Shown: positions 1 through 9,065 of the stretch, in pieces | Layout: each line of letters opens with the position of its first letter | Position numbering within the stretch: position 1 is the first letter of the stretch | DNA from: Dehalococcoidia bacterium | GTDB taxonomy: Bacteria; Chloroflexota; Dehalococcoidia; Lucifugimonadales; UBA3495 | NCBI GenBank assembly: GCA_965220265.1 | Contig: CBDCPM010000001.1 | Location: forward strand, 30,803 to 94,802 | Direction of reading: 5' to 3' | Length of the DNA stretch: 64,000 nucleotides | Program-made: the position numbers and the translations under genes | Notes under the pieces: model-generated | What the model was told of the DNA's origin: nothing | The model's input: only the letters and a program-made list of their open reading frames with translations | Database searches by the model: none

Positions 1-733
1 CCAATTCTCTGACAATGGCACGCACGGACAGTCCCCGGCTTTTGGCCTGATGTACCGCCTCCCACCGGGCCTGCTGGGTGGCAGTAGGTGTGCGGTGCAG
101 CTGGTGGCGAAGGGGTTTTCCCTTGGAGGCAGCGGCCTTGGTCTTGGTCCGCTTCTCCACCGAGGACTCCAGGTCTGCCAGGAGCTTCTGCTGGGTCTCA
201 TCCAGATGGCTGCCAGTTTGATCGTCAGCCGCCCCTGACTTCTCTGGGGTGGAGGAGCGGCCGGTGCCTTCTCCCCACAGGGCCGAGGCGGGCGGGTCCC
301 CCTCCTGAAATTCGACAGTCTCCCCCTGGTATTTGATCATCAGTTCCCCGTCGGCCCGCTCCAGCACCTCCACCTGCAGTCCGGCGTAGCTGGGGCGCTC
401 CGCGCCGGGCAGCAGTTGTAGCACCCTCCACTGGTAGTGGACCGTGTTGTCCCGGGCGACCTTGCGGGTGTGCTGGATACTGACCGTCTCGGTGAGGGAC
501 AAGTCGTCGGGCACCCGCCGGTAGGCCGTCTCCGGCTGCTCCGCCGTCACGGAGAAGCGGGCGTTGAAGCGGGGCAGGAACTCCTGCAGGACGGTGTTGG
601 CCTGGTCCATAGTGGCAGCGCCGGCCAGGCGGAGTTCAGTGACCAGCCGGTCCTGGAAGGTGGACACCATCCGCTCTGCACGGCCCTTGGCCTGTGGCGA
701 CAGGGCGAAGATCTGCTGGATGCCCAATCGTCC
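1..733 (-). pseudogene. Integrase-core (rve) IS transposase fragment (ISNCY/IS1202-like). The N-terminal part is missing and the frame runs off the window start.
   Basis: The minus-strand translation reads STGRLGIQQIFALSPQAKGRAERMVSTFQDRLVTELRLAGAATMDQANTVLQEFLPRFNARFSV...HTRKVARDNTVHYQWRVLQLLPG. The SPQAKGR.ER...QDRLV.ELRL block is typical of rve-type IS transposases. There is no start codon, and homology begins abruptly at about 733. The frame stays open to base 1, which is why it is absent from the ORF track. The tail contains an HTH-like GLSVRAIVRELG. Confidence 0.55.
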
Positions 734-820
734 CGTAGATGGGTGGTGGAACGCACCCTGGCCTGGTTGAGTCGCTGCCGACGGCTGAGCAAAGACTACT
801 ACTGCCGTCTACAGCGTTGA
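734..820 (+). pseudogene. C-terminal remnant (about 29 aa) of an IS5/IS4-type DDE transposase
   Basis: The end of ORF 437..820 reads RRWVVERTLAWLSRCRRLSKDYYCRLQR*. This matches the conserved VER.FaWL..fRRL...YE C-terminal signature of IS5-family transposases. The upstream part of that ORF is not transposase-like. The remnant abuts the rve fragment on the opposite strand. Confidence 0.5.
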
Positions 821-845
821 TCACAATGTGCTAGCCCGCAAGCTG

Positions 846-1982
846 TTAGCCCAAATTAGCGCGTCCCTCGTAAAAATCAGACCGCGCGTTGAGAATCAAC
901 TCGTCCATCCCGAGAAATAACCCCTGCGCTTCTACACTACGGCGGCTGAGCTCCAACAACACCGCTGTGTTGATGAAGGGTCCCGGTTTTCGTAATTCGA
1001 TCAGGTCCATATCAGGGGCAATGGTGTTGCTGGTAACGTTTTCCGTAAGTTCCAGCCACTGTCGGGAGATGCCTTCATCAGCGTGGTTGAAAGCGTAAGT
1101 CAGAGCACTAGCCCAGACGTCCGCAATCTGAACCCCGGGATACTTCCTCGAATCAACGAGCTGCACCGGCTCGGCCAAGTTGTAGATGAACGAGGGGTTG
1201 TTCTCTCTCCCAAACCACATATACGCCTTGTCCTCCCGGCCAAGGAAATTCTCGAAGTAGGCTAAATCCTCTGCTACGGGTTTAGACGCATCGCATCGCA
1301 CCTGCAGAGCCTCGAAATCCTCGGCCCAAGAAGCCAAGAGCCAGTGCACACATGTCGATGACAATTCCAATGACCAGCCCCTGGCGCTGTCCATCGTCTT
1401 TATCGATTTGACATCCCTTTTTATGCGGGCTTTGTTGCAAAGCGCGAATGTGGCTATATGAGCCAAGGGGTCACGTGCTTCAACCGCGAAGCCTTCGCTA
1501 AATAGGAAATGCTCCAGCAATCCATCATCGCTTTCCCTCATCATCCGCTGAAAGCCCTCCAACATCCGCTTTCCGCGCACGTCCCTTGACCTGTAGTGGG
1601 TGTAAAGAAGCACGGCTATGAACCTGTGGAAATCAATGGAATAGAAAAACGCGTTACGCTCTGCTAACGCCGGCTCAAATACATACTCGAAGAATTTGCA
1701 CGCCAAGGCATACTCCTTATTGACGGCCACTATCCTCGTTTGCCGGCTGGTTTCTTCCAAAAGCCAGGATATAGCGTCTCGCCCTTTGGAACGCCTGAGC
1801 AGGGAGTTCCCTTTCAGTTCCGAGGCCCTGATGTTAAATTCTGCGATTGCTTCACGATGCACCTCCAAGGCCCGGCTTTCATCGATAGCAACTGCTGCGT
1901 ATACGAACACTGGCTGCGCTGAGTCCAAAAGGTTGGCCCCAGTGTGGCCGGATTCATCTAGGCAAACGTATTGAGTTGGCAC
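846..1982 (-). CDS. DUF3800 domain protein
   Basis: 378-aa ORF. The N-terminus YVCLDESGHTGAN matches the DUF3800 hallmark (Y.DESG.tg). It has a GTG start preceded by GGAGAG. Local GC (about 50%) is clearly lower than its surroundings, and IS remnants flank it on both sides. Confidence 0.75.
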   Translation of the reverse strand: MPTQYVCLDESGHTGANLLDSAQPVFVYAAVAIDESRALEVHREAIAEFNIRASELKGNSLLRRSKGRDAISWLLEETSRQTRIVAVNKEYALACKFFEYVFEPALAERNAFFYSIDFHRFIAVLLYTHYRSRDVRGKRMLEGFQRMMRESDDGLLEHFLFSEGFAVEARDPLAHIATFALCNKARIKRDVKSIKTMDSARGWSLELSSTCVHWLLASWAEDFEALQVRCDASKPVAEDLAYFENFLGREDKAYMWFGRENNPSFIYNLAEPVQLVDSRKYPGVQIADVWASALTYAFNHADEGISRQWLELTENVTSNTIAPDMDLIELRKPGPFINTAVLLELSRRSVEAQGLFLGMDELILNARSDFYEGRANLG

Positions 1983-2099
1983 TGTGACTCTCCGGGATTT
2001 GGACCTGGCGATTGCCCTTCATGTTGGTTATGTGCGCCCAAGATCACCGACGTTAAATTATACCTTCCATGGTTCGCGCAAGGGTCATTATGTGAATCC

Positions 2100-2405
2100 G
2101 CCCACGCGGGGATTCTCCGGGATGCCCAAGGAACGCCGATCCCGCAGCCTTGCCGTTTCGCCGCCAACGCCGCCTGGCTGGCGATCCAGGTGATGGCACA
2201 TAACCTGGCCCGCTGGACCGCGCGCATCGGTCTGGGTGAGCAACTGGTAACCACCAAGACCCTCCGACGACGCTTCTTCTCCCTCGCCGGACGGCTCACC
2301 CGCTCGGCGCTCCGCCTCACTTTGCATCTTCCCCAGCGCTGGCCCTGGGACACCCAATTCAGTCGCGCCCTCGCTCGATTGCGAGCGCTGTCATCTCCTG
2401 CCTGA
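2100..2405 (+). pseudogene. IS1380-family transposase C-terminal remnant
   Basis: The tail of ORF 1971..2405 reads FAANAAWLAIQVMAHNLARWTARIGLGEQLVTTKTLRRRFFSLAGRLTRSALRLTLHLPQRWPWDTQFSRALARLRAL. This matches the conserved IS1380 transposase C-terminus (NaaWl..a.lAhNL.rW...l....pKTLRrrl...paRl..haRr..L.lp..WPW...f...l.rLral). No catalytic part lies upstream. Confidence 0.6.
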
Positions 2406-2651
2406 CGGCGCCGTCGGTGCCTGACCCATCCACCAGACTACCCAAACGCCTCGTAGACCCGAGCCGGGTCGGTTCCCAAGCGTTTCAGTTTCTGGCTGCA
2501 TACCGCCCTGATAATCTCGCCCAGCACCGCCACTGCGGGCCGTCAACGTCCTCTTTGCGTTGCTACCGCACTCTTCCACAGCCAAATCTATTGGGATCAA
2601 GCCCTCACCGTCTCTCTCCCTTGCCTCACATCGCTTGTCTGACCGGCATGG

Positions 2652-4526
2652 CTACATCCCTGCGGTGGATTCGGGGTTAGTAAACGCTGGGGCATTCGTC
2701 GGAGCAACGGGGGCCGCGCCAGCAGCTCTGGCCAGTTCGATCGCTGATACTATTCTTTCCGCCTCCGCACGCTCCTCGTATTCGCCGGAATAAAGCCACT
2801 CGCTCTCACCGGTTGCGTCAATGCCGGCGCGGTATTTAGTAGTTCTGGCCGTGCCCCATTCGACGATTTTGTGTCCTAACAAACCCGCCAACGTCGCCCC
2901 CAGGATAACGGCTCCGACAAAGAGCCAACCTCCCACTGTCGAAGGGTCGATCAAAGACGAGATTGTCTCCGCGAGATCATCCCACTTCTCCAAGAGATAC
3001 TCCCCCGGGCCCGTATTGAAAGGGAATGAAGGATTGCCCCCTGCGTAAGGGTCGGCGAACCTGCTCTCTGCTATGAAACCGAATTGATCTAGAACGGCAA
3101 AAAGAACCCCCCACAAGAAAATAATCGAAAGCACCGTAGCGCCCGCCACGGGCGGCCATTTTATAAGGTTGCCGACGACTTTCAAGAACTTATTCGAACC
3201 CGTTTCTGCCTCCACTTCAACTTCGACCACAGCCGCAGACTTGACTCTGTTCATCGTCACGGTTTTGCCGGGGAACCGCAAAAGGTTCGCGGAAACGAAA
3301 ACCCGGCCGGCATCGTAGAACACTTGCTCCGGCTCCGGGCTGATAAGCGTTGGCGCATTTGCCGAAGCAACTGGAGCCGCCCCCAGCTCGCTAGGCTCAC
3401 CGGAAGGACGTGCTGCGGGCCGCGGCGCTGAGCTTGCTGACTCGCGTTGGGTTTCCTCGGCAGCAACTTTGTCCACCGCTTCGTTCCGTCCGGTCAGGTT
3501 CCATCTTTTCGCAGACAAAAGGAAGTGATATGCTTGGTCCAAGTCCAGCCCCTGCTCCTCGGGGTTCTCGGTCGCGCCAAACCAGTTTGGGGCCGAAACG
3601 GCATCGTTCAACCACGGCCCGGCAGCATCCAGTGCGATTGCATACGCCAGCATCTGATCCGAACTAGCCACAGCATCCGCCGGGCCCAGACCCGCCAGGT
3701 ATTCCTTCAGCCCCAACCACTGGCCGATCTCATTCAAACCCGACTCAGTAGGTTTGAGTTTGCCTACATTGGTGGGATCAAAAATCAGAAAGTATACGAA
3801 CCCCAGGACGCCGCCGGCGATTGCGTTGATCCACCACTGGGAAATCCATAGCTCCAGCCACAACCCCACGCCAACTCCCAACAGGATCACCGCCAGTATT
3901 ACCGCCCACGCACCCTGTCCTTGGTGTTCCCGCATTACTCGTATCGGGTTATCGCTGAAAAGCCCCTGGTATTGCAGATATTCCCCCAGCCCATCACCCA
4001 CGGCTTCTTTCTGCTCCCCCAGCCGTTCACCCATTCGCTCTACCGTGATCGGCCCCGTGGGTAGCTGGTCGCACACCAGACGCTCCCAATCGAAGTTCGT
4101 CGGCTCCCGGGCAGTCAGCTGATAGGAATATTCACCTCTCCGCGTAGCCCTCCTGACCGGAGTGATTTCCAGCATGCCTCTTTGGCACATCTCGACTACC
4201 GACGTCAGTAAAGTGCGGTCGTTGACCTGCCGGCTCTCCAGCACGGAAACCGCCGCTGCAGACAGCCCACTGGGTGGTTGGGTTACCGGCTCGATCAACT
4301 TGGGATGCTTGGCTTCTCTCCACTTGAAATCCAGGATCCAGAGTGGGATGACCAGCAACAGCGCCAGGCCGGTACCGGGTACGCGGAAAACCCAGGCAGC
4401 TAACTGCTTCCAGCCCATCTCCCCAAAATCAGGGATGATGTATTCTGCGATAACCCCCGCGGGATCGAATACGAACACCAGCGCCATAGCAGCGAGAACC
4501 AGCATGATGACCAACAAGCGCCACAT
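2652..4526 (-). CDS. Polytopic membrane protein with a DUF2207 C-terminal-like region
   Basis: ORF 2652..4721. I prefer the internal ATG at 4526 (MWRLLVIMLVLAAMALV), which is preceded by GGGGAGGAcatt. It has multiple hydrophobic helices. The segment PPSGLSAAAVSVLESRQVNDRTLLTSVVEMCQRGMLEI plus downstream TM helices resembles the DUF2207 membrane-proximal module. A second TM-rich C-terminal half follows. Confidence 0.55.
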   Translation of the reverse strand: MWRLLVIMLVLAAMALVFVFDPAGVIAEYIIPDFGEMGWKQLAAWVFRVPGTGLALLLVIPLWILDFKWREAKHPKLIEPVTQPPSGLSAAAVSVLESRQVNDRTLLTSVVEMCQRGMLEITPVRRATRRGEYSYQLTAREPTNFDWERLVCDQLPTGPITVERMGERLGEQKEAVGDGLGEYLQYQGLFSDNPIRVMREHQGQGAWAVILAVILLGVGVGLWLELWISQWWINAIAGGVLGFVYFLIFDPTNVGKLKPTESGLNEIGQWLGLKEYLAGLGPADAVASSDQMLAYAIALDAAGPWLNDAVSAPNWFGATENPEEQGLDLDQAYHFLLSAKRWNLTGRNEAVDKVAAEETQRESASSAPRPAARPSGEPSELGAAPVASANAPTLISPEPEQVFYDAGRVFVSANLLRFPGKTVTMNRVKSAAVVEVEVEAETGSNKFLKVVGNLIKWPPVAGATVLSIIFLWGVLFAVLDQFGFIAESRFADPYAGGNPSFPFNTGPGEYLLEKWDDLAETISSLIDPSTVGGWLFVGAVILGATLAGLLGHKIVEWGTARTTKYRAGIDATGESEWLYSGEYEERAEAERIVSAIELARAAGAAPVAPTNAPAFTNPESTAGM

Positions 4527-4825
4527 AATGTCCTCCCCATCGCAATATGCGCTGCCGCGCCGATAGCCGTCCGCGATTTCAAACGTTCCCTCTCTAGTAC
4601 TGAGCGTTTGGCTAATTCTCTTGCTTGACCCTGGGTTACGTATCTGGGACTCTCGTAACCGTGTCGGCGGCGTTAGTCCCCGCAATGAGAAGATAAGTGG
4701 CAGCAGTAGCAGCCCGCGCAAGTGGGCAGTAGGAACTACCTTCGAGTGGGAATATCTGCTTCCCTGGTGGCGATCGGTACTTTCTCCGCTTTTGGGGGAG
4801 AGTGGTCTTACGTCCCGGACCCGTC

Positions 4826-5977
4826 CTACGCGTCGCTGGCGTGTGTCCTGACGGCGTTGAAGAGGGGCCGGGCGCGGGGCCTCAGCTTGGCTTTACCGTT
4901 ATGGTCAAAATAGTAAGCGTACTCTTCGTCAGTGCTTCCCCAGAACTTGATGCCTGAAGTGATGAGTCCCTCGTTGTACGCGACCTGAAGACCCTCGTAT
5001 GGTATTTCCACTATGGTCTGGGTGACCATTCCGGAGTTCAACATGACGACCCTCCGGTCGGTGGCCACCACGACGCCGTTGTGAACTTCAGGCGCGAAAC
5101 GCTGAGCCCCGCCCACCGGTTGGCCCAGAGCCGCACCGAAGGCAGTGCTCACGGCCGCTCTGGTCACAGCCTGCGCGATGGTATCGAATTCATCGGCTGG
5201 GCCCCATCGGCCCCCCATCCAATACTCGATGCTCTCGTCATCCTCCAGTATCTCGTGGAGCATCCGGCGCTCGCCGGGATAGACGTCAGTCTTCTCGCCG
5301 GAAAGGTTGCTCATCAGCACGGCTACGATGCGCTCCAGCAGGTTGGGCTCGTTTCGGCCCCACATGGTCGACCGTTCCCGCCACTGGGCGTCGATTCGCT
5401 CCGTTTTGCCCATTGCAGCGTATTGGACTGCCGGCGTCCGACCAAAATCTGGTGCCGCGTTCGTTGAGGCGGATGGTTCCTCGAAATTGGACCCCAGGGG
5501 TGGAGGAGGGTTGGCCTTCGTGTCCTGCACCTTTTCGGCGAACCGACGAGCCTGGCCGTCGCGGACCTCCGTGATCTTGTTGATGCCCCGGGCATCGTCG
5601 TTGCCCAACCAATTGCTCAGGCTCAAGCCTGCGATGGTCAAACCGTCCCCAGCGCCGTCGTAATCCACTGAGGTTATGGTTTCCAAGGGCATCTCAGTGA
5701 CCAAATGTGGTCCAAAGGATGCCCCCTTCAGCATCACCACCCGTTCCCTCGTTACGAGGGCTACTCCCTTGTTCCGCCGCATTCGGTCCATGCGGCCTGC
5801 ATCTTCCCGGAACACGGAGCCAGGGCCCCAAGTGCAGGAAACCAGCGCCTCGATCTCCTCGTCATCTTGCAGTAACTCGTGCAGCGACCGGAGCTCCGAG
5901 GAGTGGTCCTTTCCCCAACCCGGCTGCAGCGTCTGCCAGCGGGCATCGATCCTGCCTCGCTTATCCTGCATAGCCAT
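4826..5977 (-). CDS. Protein with two tandem bacterial PH-like (YokE-type) modules
   Basis: 383 aa with an internal duplication: RIDARWQTLQPGWGKD...LHELLQDDEEIEALVSCTWGP...GVALVTRERVVMLK...ETITSVDYD versus RIDAQWRERSTMWGRN...LHEILEDDESIEYWMGGRWGP...GVVVATDRRVVMLN...VEIPYEGL. The ATG is preceded by GGAGatagata. Confidence 0.55.
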   Translation of the reverse strand: MAMQDKRGRIDARWQTLQPGWGKDHSSELRSLHELLQDDEEIEALVSCTWGPGSVFREDAGRMDRMRRNKGVALVTRERVVMLKGASFGPHLVTEMPLETITSVDYDGAGDGLTIAGLSLSNWLGNDDARGINKITEVRDGQARRFAEKVQDTKANPPPPLGSNFEEPSASTNAAPDFGRTPAVQYAAMGKTERIDAQWRERSTMWGRNEPNLLERIVAVLMSNLSGEKTDVYPGERRMLHEILEDDESIEYWMGGRWGPADEFDTIAQAVTRAAVSTAFGAALGQPVGGAQRFAPEVHNGVVVATDRRVVMLNSGMVTQTIVEIPYEGLQVAYNEGLITSGIKFWGSTDEEYAYYFDHNGKAKLRPRARPLFNAVRTHASDA

Positions 5978-6207
5978 TATCTATCTCCGGGGTAGATTTC
6001 ATTGCGTACGGCATCAACGCCCGACGAGTCCAACAGCGGTCACCTGACACAGACCTCGAGCTTCTACTTCTGACCTACCAACGGTGAGGTGGACCGGGGA
6101 AACTGGATAAATGAAGGAATTGCGCTTTGCGTTCCCTGTAAACCTGCAGTATGCAGAACCTCGCTACGAATCGTGGTCGCAGTATAGCAGCGCGTGCTGT
6201 TTCGGAG

Positions 6208-6275
6208 AAAAAAGGGTGAAACCCTCGGCTGCCCAGCAGGTGCCCGCTGGTTGGAAGACTGGCGGGCACCTGCTG
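6208..6275 (-). terminator. Putative intrinsic terminator (two hairpins plus T6) read on the minus strand
   Basis: A perfect 14-bp stem, CAGCAGGTGCCCGC (6234-6247) with GCGGGCACCTGCTG (6262-6275). On the minus strand it is followed by GGGTttcACCC and TTTTTT (plus-strand A-run 6208-6213). No annotated gene ends nearby; it lies downstream of non-coding element A. Confidence 0.4.
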
Positions 6276-6949
6276 ACGCCCTATTTCTCATCCCTCTGCA
6301 GTGGTGAACCTACACTTTCGCCGGGATAATTGAGGGCCTGTCCCCCTTGCCTCATAGAGAAATGTTGCTGAACTTCGCTCGCACAAGGTCTCCTGGCGGA
6401 TCCAGCCACGAAATGGGAGATAACTTGCCACCGCCGTTGGGAAGACTCGCTGCAACCCATTGGCGGAACTGATTTGCCCGCGCCTTGCGCAGACGGCTCG
6501 GCCTTATTGATACCCACGTTGGATCGCTCAAAATGGTCATTATGTAAAACGACCACTGCCAGAATGCCGCATACCGGCCCAATGGGGATTTCGTCGTCTC
6601 GTTTTTCCGCCCTCGATGATTCAATGCGTCACGTCATGGCAGTGTTCCGTGGAATGGTGTAATGAACGTCAGCCTCTCTGACCTTCAGGCAGCCAAACTG
6701 TGAGGCCGATAACCTGGAAGTTAGGGACGGGCGCGGTCACTCGTGCCGTAGCTGTACCGGCTCCCCATTCTCAGTCTTCCGACGGCGGTGCGGATCGTAG
6801 CCGGCCAAAGGTGCGATAAGTGGCTCTTATCACCCGTTTAGGAGGGTCCGAAGCTTGGCTCGATTTACGTCCTTTTCCGCCACTCGCCGGCGGGCAAATG
6901 ACACGGGGCGGCTCCATCGCTCGACCCTTCGGGCATCGCCCTGGCTTTA

Positions 6950-7717
6950 CTACGCGTCGGAGGCACCCTCAACCGAGTCTGTGGCAGCCGCCTCACCTCT
7001 CTTCCGTATCATCAACCTGACCATATCGGCGAGAAAGTCCCTTTCCTCCTCGGTGAGCTCACTATCCATGGCTTTGGCTTTTCTGGCTCCCTGGTACCCC
7101 CCTTTACGGTCGGTGAGGTCGCCGACTCTCTGTAGATCGCGATACGGGATGCCGTACAACACGGCCACAGCATTTCTGCCCTTCTTTGGCGGAACTGTCT
7201 TCTCAAGACAGGTCAGGCAAAAATACGCCACCGCGGTCAGGGTTTGCGGATCCCGCGAATACACGTCGTACCGCTGTCGCATAGCGGCAAACAGCTTGTC
7301 ATCAAAGTCAACGGTAACTCCCAGGGGCGGATTTGGGTAATCGACCGGAGCGTGTATGGCGGAAGGACGTATCGATGCCAATGTTACCCACGATGGCACA
7401 TGCCGATCCCCGAACACGGGGTCGCGGTCCACGATCTCGGCCCGGATGAATTCCAAGCGTAATTTGCCGGCGCCGATGGTCAGGTCGGCCTGAAATTCCC
7501 ACTCCTCAATGTAATCGCGGACCGCCGCTCGCGCCGATGCCTCGTCCGCATAATGGCCATGGAGTTCCAAAGTGACCTCTCCGCCGTCCATTACCACGTC
7601 AACCCTCCCCCGCCGGTGCACGCTTCGCTGTGTCGATCTGTAATTCACATCATCGTTGCGGGCCACTCGGTAATGCAAAGCCATCACGTGGGGATTAACA
7701 GGTTCGCGGACGCTCAA
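6950..7717 (-). CDS. Hypothetical protein
   Basis: ORF 6950..7750. A TTG at 7717 sits 7 nt after a strong GGAGGAAGG; an alternative ATG lies at 7684. The composition is protein-like, and I recognised no family. Confidence 0.55.
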   Translation of the reverse strand: MSVREPVNPHVMALHYRVARNDDVNYRSTQRSVHRRGRVDVVMDGGEVTLELHGHYADEASARAAVRDYIEEWEFQADLTIGAGKLRLEFIRAEIVDRDPVFGDRHVPSWVTLASIRPSAIHAPVDYPNPPLGVTVDFDDKLFAAMRQRYDVYSRDPQTLTAVAYFCLTCLEKTVPPKKGRNAVAVLYGIPYRDLQRVGDLTDRKGGYQGARKAKAMDSELTEEERDFLADMVRLMIRKRGEAAATDSVEGASDA

Positions 7718-7912
7718 GTGCCTTCCTCCTATTGTCCGGAGAGTTCCCAACGTTTTCGTGCAGTTGCCTGGACCCTGGCCGAACCCCCACTCGGCTTGAC
7801 GCTAAATAGTCCGGCGGCGGATTGTGCCGTCCCTGTTTGGGAAGACAGCGATGACTTGCACTGAGCATCAGAACCTCACCGCCATTTTAAAACTACCCCG
7901 CCACACCCGGAG

Positions 7913-8824
7913 TCACGCCCGCCAGATGTCGAGGCGCTGCCAGTCCGCTAGGAAACCCGTGCGACCTTGAGGAATGCGTGGGTATCGATTCATCAGGGTT
8001 TTCAAGCCCTCTGCCCATCCCGCACCGCCCTGGATGACCCCGGTCAAATAGGCAACCATCACCAACGCGTTATAAAGCCCACCGTTATCAGCCCGATTGA
8101 AGAACCCGGGTGAATCCCTGAATCCACCCAGCCTCTTTGGTACTGCAATCCTGGTGATGAACTCCCTATCCCACAAGCGCTCGTGATGCGCGCAGATGTT
8201 TCTGATCGGCGCCAAGTGGCGCAGGACCGCCCGCAGTATCCGCTCGTCAATCCCGTAGGCGCCGGCAACCAGTCGTCGCACCGGGCGGCAGGTGTCTCCG
8301 TACCATCTGGAAAGCTGACCAAACGACATCACCTCGACAATCGCCCAGATCGGGCAATCCGCAAAATGGTAATGGTGCGTTCCTCTGCCATGCCGGTCAT
8401 AGGCTCGATGCAGGTCTGCCAAATTCTGATAGTACCGTGATGAGAACAGTTGTGAATTCAAGTGCGCAGACGGACCGTCGCCTGCGCCGCCGGCCAGATG
8501 GTGAGCCCATTGGGTACGTACGGATACCTCAATGTGGTTGAAAGCATCCAGGAGCAGAGTGCGCAATTCCCGATCGAATTCATACCGCTCGATCACGGCA
8601 TCGAAGGTAGCGCCAGTTCTGAAGGCGTGCCGGTCGCCGTTTACCGTCCGATCTTCGAAGGGATCCCAGTAGCCCCGCAATCGATAGAAATTGACGTGGC
8701 TGAGGAAATGGGTGGCCTTCTCCGGATGCGGAATCGCCATGCCGCGTTGCCACAACTGGTCCAGGCGATCCTGGATGGACGTACCGGGAGCAGGGGACGT
8801 CAAACTCGTCTCCCCAGTGGTCAT
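7913..8824 (-). CDS. Abi_2 family abortive-infection protein (AbiD/AbiF-like)
   Basis: 303 aa. It contains FLSHVNFYRLRGYWDPF and NICAHHERLWDREF, which are the characteristic Abi_2 motifs (YYRL.gY and H..RlWn). Confidence 0.8.
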   Translation of the reverse strand: MTTGETSLTSPAPGTSIQDRLDQLWQRGMAIPHPEKATHFLSHVNFYRLRGYWDPFEDRTVNGDRHAFRTGATFDAVIERYEFDRELRTLLLDAFNHIEVSVRTQWAHHLAGGAGDGPSAHLNSQLFSSRYYQNLADLHRAYDRHGRGTHHYHFADCPIWAIVEVMSFGQLSRWYGDTCRPVRRLVAGAYGIDERILRAVLRHLAPIRNICAHHERLWDREFITRIAVPKRLGGFRDSPGFFNRADNGGLYNALVMVAYLTGVIQGGAGWAEGLKTLMNRYPRIPQGRTGFLADWQRLDIWRA

Positions 8825-9065
8825 TTTATCGCCTATAGAATAGTAAACCCCCCTGGTGCGCCGTTCCGATGAGAGGCGTGAGGGGTATTGTCAGAACTAA
8901 GCTACTATGCCGATAGCAGGCTGTCAAATCCAATCCTGGTAACTGTTCAGAGTTGATGAGATCTGCGGGCTTTTTGGCCGTTCCCAGAGCCGTGGCCAAG
9001 TAGGCAATTCCGGTGCTGAGCCGATCAGATCCCCTCAAACGTGAACAATTACCAATCCTGGGCCA

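Noticed and set aside
4527-4721. An upstream extension of the membrane-protein ORF (start at 4721)
   Set aside because: The extension has no SD and no membrane or secretory character. The internal ATG at 4526 has GGGGAGGA at ideal spacing and starts directly with a TM helix.
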